64,000 bases of DNA. It comes from Myxococcales bacterium. Its GTDB lineage: Bacteria; Myxococcota_A; Polyangia; Haliangiales; Haliangiaceae. Positions 57,643 to 64,000 of this stretch are shown here, piece after piece; positions within the stretch are counted from its first letter, which is position 1, and the number at the start of each line of letters is the position of its first letter. The stretch is from assembly GCA_016794525.1 (NCBI GenBank), contig JAEUJY010000077.1, positions 45,091 to 109,090 of the forward strand. Direction: 5' to 3'. A program made the position numbers and the translations under genes. Under the pieces are notes generated by a model. It saw nothing but the letters and a program-made list of their open reading frames with translations. It ran no database searches and had not been told where the DNA came from.

Positions 57643-58682
57643 CGGGCCTTGGGCAGGGTGGACAGCAGCGCCTCGGCGGCGCGGGTGACGTCCGCCTGGC
57701 TGCCGCCCGAGGCCGGGAAGCGCTGCGCGACATGCCACAGCACGTGGCCGTCGCGATTGTCGACCATCGTCATCTCCAGGTACAGCGCCGAGCGACCGCG
57801 TCGCGGCGCGTCCGGGCGCTGTGCCCACTCGATCGTCGGGCCCGCCTGCCAGTCGGCCGGGCCGTAGGGGTCGCGCGGCCCGACGTAGAGCTCGATGCGC
57901 GGGTCGAGCATGCGCGGCACGACCCGGCCGGGGAACGTGCGCAGCAGGTGATCGGCGAGGTGCGCGCTGGTGCGGCCGACCTCGAACGCGACGTTGCCCG
58001 CGCGCGCGAGGCCATGCACCGCGACCCGCCCGGTCGCGACCGCCGCGTCGGCCACCGCGTCGGCGGCGCGGGCCAGGCTGCCGCCGCCCTTGTGCTTGCT
58101 CTTGGCCAGCGCCACCGCGACCACGACCGCCACCACGACGACCGCGGCGATCACCAGCACCTTGACCGCGGCGTTGTCGCCGTCGGGATCCTCGCCGACG
58201 TAGGCCCAGCCGCCGACGTACAGCGTCGCCTCGGCGCCCGACGCGCCCAGCCGCGCCGGCAGCGGTGGCTGCGGCAGGCCGCCCAGCCGCGCCGCGGCGT
58301 CGTGATAGCCGGCCAGCACCGCCTGCGTCGCCAGCAGCTGCTCGGGCGCCATCGCCGCGTGGGGCGCGCCGTCGTCGCCGACGAACGTGCCGTCCCAGCG
58401 CAGCTGCGCGCCCGGCAGGTAGCCGCGCTGGTACAGCGCCGTCGTGGCGGCGCCGGTCAGCGCGCTCTCGGCGGCCAGCCGCAGCGCCTCGGGATCGCCG
58501 CGGCGACCGTCGGTCCACACCGCCAGATCGATCGGCAGCACGTCGACCCGGGCGACGCCAGCGGCGTGGCCGCTGAGCCGCTGGTCGACCGTCGCCACCG
58601 GCCGCGGCCACGAGGGGGAACACGCCGCCACGAAGCAGGCGGCCGCCGTCAGGGCGACCACGCGTTGGCGCAGGCCGGTCAT
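57639..58682 (-). CDS. Hypothetical lipoprotein with an internal TM segment.
   Basis: Lipo-box VVALTAAACFVAACS. TM VLVIAAVVVVAVVVAVALA. Confidence 0.45.
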   Translation of the reverse strand: MTGLRQRVVALTAAACFVAACSPSWPRPVATVDQRLSGHAAGVARVDVLPIDLAVWTDGRRGDPEALRLAAESALTGAATTALYQRGYLPGAQLRWDGTFVGDDGAPHAAMAPEQLLATQAVLAGYHDAAARLGGLPQPPLPARLGASGAEATLYVGGWAYVGEDPDGDNAAVKVLVIAAVVVVAVVVAVALAKSKHKGGGSLARAADAVADAAVATGRVAVHGLARAGNVAFEVGRTSAHLADHLLRTFPGRVVPRMLDPRIELYVGPRDPYGPADWQAGPTIEWAQRPDAPRRGRSALYLEMTMVDNRDGHVLWHVAQRFPASGGSQADVTRAAEALLSTLPKAR

Positions 58683-58798
58683 GCCTGGAAGCGTAGCAAG
58701 CGACGTTCCGCCACCGATGTGGCCGATCCGCGCACGGCGCGCGCGTGCCCGGCCGACACCGTGGCGCCGCCGCCACACCGTGCGTATCATCGCGGCCC

Positions 58799-59077
58799 AT
58801 GCGCTCCGCTCTGGTCCCCGTGCTGGCCGCGCTCGCGCTGGCCGCCTGCACCTCGCCCAAGAGCAAGACCTGCCGCGCGATCTGCGCCCGCGAGGCCGAG
58901 TGCAACGGCGCCAAGCCGTCGGAGGCGTCGAGCTTCGACGAGGGCGAGTGCATCGCCGCCTGCGCCGCGCTCGAGGTCGACAAGAACCCGTTCATCGCCG
59001 GCCAGGTGACCAAGCGCGCCGAGTGCCTGCGCTCGACGACCAGCTGCGGCGACTACCAGAGCTGCGCCGGCAAGTAG
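58799..59077 (+). CDS. Small Cys-rich lipoprotein.
   Basis: Lipo-box VLAALALAAC; about eight Cys in 75 aa. Confidence 0.4.
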   Translation: MRSALVPVLAALALAACTSPKSKTCRAICAREAECNGAKPSEASSFDEGECIAACAALEVDKNPFIAGQVTKRAECLRSTTSCGDYQSCAGK

Positions 59078-59084
59078 CGGCGCC

Positions 59085-59945
59085 TCACCGCGTCTGCGGA
59101 TCGATCGCGTCCCGCAGGCCGTCGCCCAGGAAGTTGAGCGCGAAGATCGTCAGGCCCATCGCCAGGCCGGGGCCAGCCAGCACCCACGGCGACACCGCCA
59201 CCTGGGTCGATCCCTCGGTGACCAGCGTGCCCCACGACGCCAGCGGCGCCTGGACGCCCAGCCCGATGAACGACAGGAACGTCTCGAACAGCATCGCCTC
59301 GGGCACCAGCACGGTGGCGTAGACGACGACCGTGCCCAGCGTGTTGGGGATGACGTGGCGGAACACGATCCGGAGCCGGCCGGCGCCGATCGCGCGCGCC
59401 GCCTCGATGAACTCGCGCTGCCGCAGCGACAGCACCTGGCCGCGGACGATGCGCGCCATCGTCAGCCACGACATCACGCCGATCAGCGCGATCAGCGACA
59501 CCAGGCTGCGGGTGTCGAACACGGCGCGGACGACGACGACGAGGACGATCGTCGGGAACCCGTACATCACGTCGACGATCCGCATCATCACCGCGTCGAC
59601 CCGGCCGCCGGCGTAGCCCGCGATCGCGCCCCACGCCACGCCGATCACCAGCGCCACCGCGGTGGCGGTCAGGCCGACGACCAGCGCGATCCGCCCGCCG
59701 ATCAGCACCCGCACCAGCAGATCGCGACCGAGGTTGTCGGTGCCCAGCGGGTGCGCGGCCGACGGCGGCGCCGCCAGCAGGTCGAGGTCGAGCGTCGTCG
59801 CGTCGAGCCCGAACCAGCCGCACACCACCGGGCCGACGACGCACGTCAGCGTGATGACCGCGAAGCCGATCAGGCACGCGAAGGCCATGCGGTTCTTGCG
59901 CAGCCGCTGCCACGCCTCGCGGCCGAGCGAACGCGGCGCGCTCAC
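59085..59945 (-). CDS. ABC peptide-transporter permease (OppC/DppC-like).
   Basis: GTG start overlaps the oppB-like stop (GTGA). Binding-protein-dependent transport signature EAARAIGAG. Confidence 0.75.
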   Translation of the reverse strand: MSAPRSLGREAWQRLRKNRMAFACLIGFAVITLTCVVGPVVCGWFGLDATTLDLDLLAAPPSAAHPLGTDNLGRDLLVRVLIGGRIALVVGLTATAVALVIGVAWGAIAGYAGGRVDAVMMRIVDVMYGFPTIVLVVVVRAVFDTRSLVSLIALIGVMSWLTMARIVRGQVLSLRQREFIEAARAIGAGRLRIVFRHVIPNTLGTVVVYATVLVPEAMLFETFLSFIGLGVQAPLASWGTLVTEGSTQVAVSPWVLAGPGLAMGLTIFALNFLGDGLRDAIDPQTR

Positions 59946-60868
59946 GCCGCGGGCTCGCTGTGGCGGATGCGCGGGTCGAGCCAGCCGTAGGCCAGGTCGA
60001 CCAGCAGGTTGGCCACCACCAGGAAGCCGACGTAGAAGACCAGGAGGCCGGTCAGGACCGGGTAGTCGCGGCTGGTGACGCTGTCGACGAAGTAGAAGCC
60101 CAGCCCCGGGATCTGGAAGATCTTCTCGACGACGAACGACCCGCTGATCAGCCCGGCGGTGGCCGGCCCCAGGTAGCTCACCACCGGCAGCAGGCCGAGC
60201 CGGAGCCCGTGCCGCCACACCACGCCGCGCTCGCTGACGCCCTTGGCCCGCGCGGTGCGGATGTAGTCGGCGCCCAGCGTCTCGATCATGCTGGCCCGGG
60301 CCAGCCGCGCGATCGTGCCGGCGTAGATCAGGCCCAGCACCGCCGCTGGCGCCAGGTAGCCGACGACGCCGTCGGCGCGCGCCGCCGGCACCCAGCCTAG
60401 CTCGAGCGCCAGGTAGCGGATCGCGATCGGCCCCAGCACCAGGGACGGGATCGAGATGCCGATCAGCGCGACGCTCATCGCCGCGTAGTCGACCCAGGTG
60501 TTCTTGCGCGCCGCCGCCAGCACCCCGAGCAGCGTGCCGAACACCGCCGCGAAGCCGATCGCCATCAGCCCCAGGGTCAGGCTGTACGGGAAGTGGCGCT
60601 TGATGATCGCGCCGACGGTCTCGGGGCGCTTCATCGAGTGGCCGAGATCGCCGCGGGCCAGCCCGCCCATGTAGCGCGTGTACTGCTGCCACAGCGGATC
60701 GTGCAGGTGGTAGCGGTCCTCGATGTTGCGCTGCACCGCCGGCTGCAGCCGCCGCTCGCGCGAGAACGGCCCGCCCGGCGCCGCGTGCAAGAGCAGGAAC
60801 GTGATCGTCGCGACCGCCGCCAGCACGGCGACGCCGCCGGCCAGGCGACTCACGATCAGGCGCAGCAC
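59942..60868 (-). CDS. ABC peptide-transporter permease (OppB/DppB-like).
   Basis: Six TM helices; N-terminus MLRLIVSRLAGGVAVL; transport signature region. Confidence 0.75.
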   Translation of the reverse strand: MLRLIVSRLAGGVAVLAAVATITFLLLHAAPGGPFSRERRLQPAVQRNIEDRYHLHDPLWQQYTRYMGGLARGDLGHSMKRPETVGAIIKRHFPYSLTLGLMAIGFAAVFGTLLGVLAAARKNTWVDYAAMSVALIGISIPSLVLGPIAIRYLALELGWVPAARADGVVGYLAPAAVLGLIYAGTIARLARASMIETLGADYIRTARAKGVSERGVVWRHGLRLGLLPVVSYLGPATAGLISGSFVVEKIFQIPGLGFYFVDSVTSRDYPVLTGLLVFYVGFLVVANLLVDLAYGWLDPRIRHSEPAA

Positions 60869-60923
60869 GCGCGGCGATCATCGATCCGCGCGCCGCCGAT
60901 GTCCACCGACGGCGGCGCGGCGA

Positions 60924-61484
60924 TCAGAACGTGCCGACGACGGCGACGCCGGCGCGGTCGGGCGCCACCGACGGCGCGATCGCGACGCTGCGCCGGGCCC
61001 GCGCGTTCAGCCGGGCGGCGCGCCGCGGCGCGGTGATGATGTCGTCGACGGTGCCGGTCAGGTAGGCCAGCGCGCCGACCGCCAGCAGCGCGGTCCCGAC
61101 GTTGACCTCGTCGCACGGCTCGTCCGAGAACAGCGGGCACTCCTCGAGCGCCACCGCGAAGCCGACCGCCGCCACCGCGGCGCCGGCGGTGCGCACGCCG
61201 AGCCCGCGCGTGAACACCTCGCCCGTGTAGAGGTGGCCAGCGGACGGCCCCACGAACGTCACCACCGCGCCGGCGGTCATCATCGGCGAGTTGACGCGGT
61301 CGATGCCCACGGCGTAGAGCCCGATCCCCGCGGCGGTCGCGCCGGCCGACAGCGCGAGCGCGCCGGCCTCGCTGTACGTGTCGCCGGTGCTACGGGGCGG
61401 CTCGGCGGCGGCACCGGACTGGGCGTGCGCGAGCGCGGGGACGGCGAGGACGGCGAGGGCGGCGACGACAGCGAGGCGAGTCAT
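60924..61484 (-). CDS. Secreted/membrane hypothetical protein.
   Basis: Signal peptide MTRLAVVAALAVLAVPALAHA. Confidence 0.4.
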   Translation of the reverse strand: MTRLAVVAALAVLAVPALAHAQSGAAAEPPRSTGDTYSEAGALALSAGATAAGIGLYAVGIDRVNSPMMTAGAVVTFVGPSAGHLYTGEVFTRGLGVRTAGAAVAAVGFAVALEECPLFSDEPCDEVNVGTALLAVGALAYLTGTVDDIITAPRRAARLNARARRSVAIAPSVAPDRAGVAVVGTF

Positions 61485-61611
61485 GCCCCCGCGGTTTGCA
61501 GCCCCCGGGCCAGATCGGCAGTCGCCAGTGATTTCAGCTGGTTGGCGGGCGGTTTCTGTTAGCCGATCGCCACCCCGCGGTGATCCTTCGACGCCGAGCC
61601 GCGCTCAACCG

Positions 61612-63802
61612 TCAGCGCCGCTGCCGCCAGTCGGGATCGCGCCAGGCCCGCCACAGCGACGGCTGGGCGAACAGGTTCTCGGGCAGGCCGCGCACGTAGG
61701 GGCGCTGCAGGTTCTTCTGCGTGTAGACGAACATCGGGATGATCGGCGCCTCCTCGACCAGGATCGCCTCGGCGGCCCGGACCTTGGCCAACCGCGCGGC
61801 CGGGTCGGTCATCTGCGCGGCCTCGTCGAGCAGCGCGTCGAACGCCGGGTTGCACCACGCCGGGCGGTTGTTGGGGCTGCCGCAGCGCCAGATGCGCACG
61901 AACTCGACCTCGGGGTCGGCGGCCGAGCCGATCCAGCCCAGGCGGGCCACCTGGTACTCGAGCTGGCGGGTGTCGTTCAGGAACACCTGCCACTCCTGCT
62001 GCTCGAGCCGCACGCCGATGTGCAGCACGTCCTGCCACTGCGCCTGGATGTACTCGCTGACCAGCTTGTGGGCCTCGAAGCCGATGTTGAACTTGTAGAC
62101 GATCTCCTTCGGGAAGCGGTCGCCCATCTCGGCCTTGGCCTGGGCCAGCTCGGCGCGCGCGCGATCGGGATCGAACTCGAGGCCGGGCGGCGGCACGTAG
62201 CAGAGCTTGCCCCGCTCGATCACCAGCGCGACGCCGGGCGTCGTCCGCGTGACGCCGCAGGTGCGCAGATCCTCGTCGGTCAGGTCGGCGATCGGCGTGC
62301 CCGGCGTGTAGCTGGCGACGCCGATCTCGCCGCCGCGCAGGAAGCCGGCGATGCGCGAGCGATCGAGCGCCAAGGTCAGCGCCCGACGCAGGTGGACGTT
62401 GTCGAAGCGCTTGGTGTTGACCACCGCGAAGTACGTGCCGAGGTACGGCGCGACGGTGTAGTCGCGGTACGGCTTGCCGTGGTTGCCGGTCGACAGCGCC
62501 GCCAGGTACGACTGCGGGATGTTGTTGGCGGCCACCGCGTCGCACACGCCGGTGAAGTACAGGTTGGCGCTCGCGGCCTGCTCGTCGATCGACAGCACGG
62601 TCAGCCGGTCGAGCTTCACCTCGGCGGGATCGCGGTAGGTCGCCGAGCGCACCAGCGTCAGGTGATCGCGCGGCGCGTGCTCGGCCAGCCGCATCGGCCC
62701 CGAGGTGACGATCGTCGCCGGCGCGGTCCAGGTGCGCGGGTGGCGCGACACTGCCGCGCGCGGCGTCGGCCGCATCGCCCGCGACGCGCCGGTCGCGACG
62801 ATCGACGGCGTCGGATCGCTGGCCTCGACCACCAGCGTCTGCGCGTCGACGACGCGGATCCCGAGGACCTCCGGCAGCATCAGCAGGTCGGCGTTGGTGA
62901 CCTCGACCTCGGCGCGCGGCCGCGCGGCGTCGGCCTGCAGGTCGGCCCACGCGCCGTCCTTGCCGGGCACGTGCTTGGCGGCCACCGGCACGACGCGCAC
63001 GCGGTGATCGGCGGTCGGCGCGCCGTCGAGCTCGTCGGCCGGCACCCAGCCGTAGACGCCGAGGCCGTGATCCCAGTGGACGTAGGCCCAGGTCCGGGCG
63101 TCGGGGCTGGGCAGCGTCGCGGGGCGCCCCGAGAGCTCGACGATCGTGACCGCGGCGCGCGGCGGCACGGTGGCGTACGCGGCGGTCGCGTCGGCGCCGA
63201 GGTCGCGGAGCGCGAGCGCGCGGCTGGCGGTGCGCTGGTTGGGATCGGGCGGCGCGGTGTCGCCCCAGTCGGCGAGCGGCTTGCCGTCGACGGCGGTGAC
63301 CTCGACGATCGTGCCGGCCGGCAGGCCGCCGGCGTCGCGCACCAGCACCCGCGCGCGGTTCTCGAGGTACGCGAGGTTGTTCTTCAGCCAGTCGAGCGAA
63401 TCGGCGTTGACCGACGCGGTCAGCGGGTGCAGCACGCGCACCAGCTGGTAGGCGACGTCGTACGCGGTGAGCGGGCGGCCGTCGCTCCACCGCGCCTCGG
63501 GCCGCAGGTGGAACGTCACCCGGCGCTGATCGGGCGCGACGTCCCAGCGGCTGGCCAGGCCGGCGACCGGCAGGCCGTCGTCGCCGAACACCAGCAGGCC
63601 GTCGAACAGCGCGTACATGATCGGCGTGACCGTCGTCGACTGGCCCTCGGCCGGGTCGAGGCTGTCGGGCTCGCCGCTGTTGCACCAGGTCAGCGTGTGC
63701 GGATCGTCGACCGCGGGCACCTTGCCGAAGTACTCGCTGTCGGGCAGGCCGCAGCCGACGGCGGCGAGCGCGGCGAGCGTGGTAAGGTGGCGGCGCGTCA
63801 TG
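61612..63802 (-). CDS. ABC transporter substrate-binding lipoprotein (family 5, OppA-like), unusually long (~730 aa).
   Basis: Lipo-box LAALAAVGC. SBP_bac_5-like motifs. ATG at 63802. Confidence 0.7.
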
Positions 63803-64000
63803 GACGAGTTTCGTTGTCCCCGCTGCGGGAGCTTCGCGGCCGATCGTACGGAGTCGCGGTTCGCGGCCTTCACCATGGTCGAGATGAACTGCCGCGGATG
63901 CAAGCTCTACGAGGAGCGACGCAGCGACGCCGCCGACTTCGCCGCGTTCAAGGACCGCTGGCGCGGCCGACCGCAGATCCCGATCTACGACTACTACGAC
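63801..64000 (+). CDS. Zinc-ribbon small protein, 3' end outside the window.
   Basis: Begins MDEFRCPRCGS ... CRGCK. Not in the ORF track because it is truncated by the window end. Its ATG overlaps the divergent SBP start. Confidence 0.3.

Overview
This window is very high-GC (about 70%) chromosomal DNA from a myxobacterium, very probably Myxococcales. The order-level call rests on mglB-mglA (motility GTPase plus its GAP), a MYXO-CTERM-like sorting tail, three eukaryotic-like Ser/Thr kinases and dozens of lipoproteins. Gene density is high, and many adjacent genes overlap by 4 nt (ATGA/GTGA), which suggests translational coupling. Many six-frame ORFs are antisense artefacts of the GC-rich template and are rejected. 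Housekeeping content: thiE (partial), pal-cpoB, an NtrC-type sigma-54 response regulator, serS, an ABC-2 exporter, four tRNA-Ser isoacceptors plus tRNA-Arg(ACG) directly followed by tadA, an SRP RNA (ffs) missed by the ORF track, selB, an acyl-CoA ligase, a two-domain PPK2, dnaX-ybaB-(inserted lipoprotein)-recR, mglBA, and an Opp-type ABC importer. The most interesting accessory content is a photoactive-yellow-protein (PYP) domain fused to a V4R domain (14432-15526), sitting on top of a co-directional, largely translationally coupled operon (CN-hydrolase-like protein, wHTH protein, stand-alone PRTase); I rate this the best candidate for an undescribed light-sensing system. Other accessory content: a lipoprotein with a prokaryotic phospholipase-A2 motif coupled to a lipoprotein and an S1 protease; a 1344-aa zinc-ribbon / Pro-rich-repeat / TM / TPR protein with near-perfect DNA tandem repeats (GltJ/AgmX-like architecture); an MglA-coupled gene with a PqqD-like N-terminus, (EAAAR)n repeats and a HlyD-like domain; REP-like hairpin triplets; and a degenerate IS200/RAYT-like gene.
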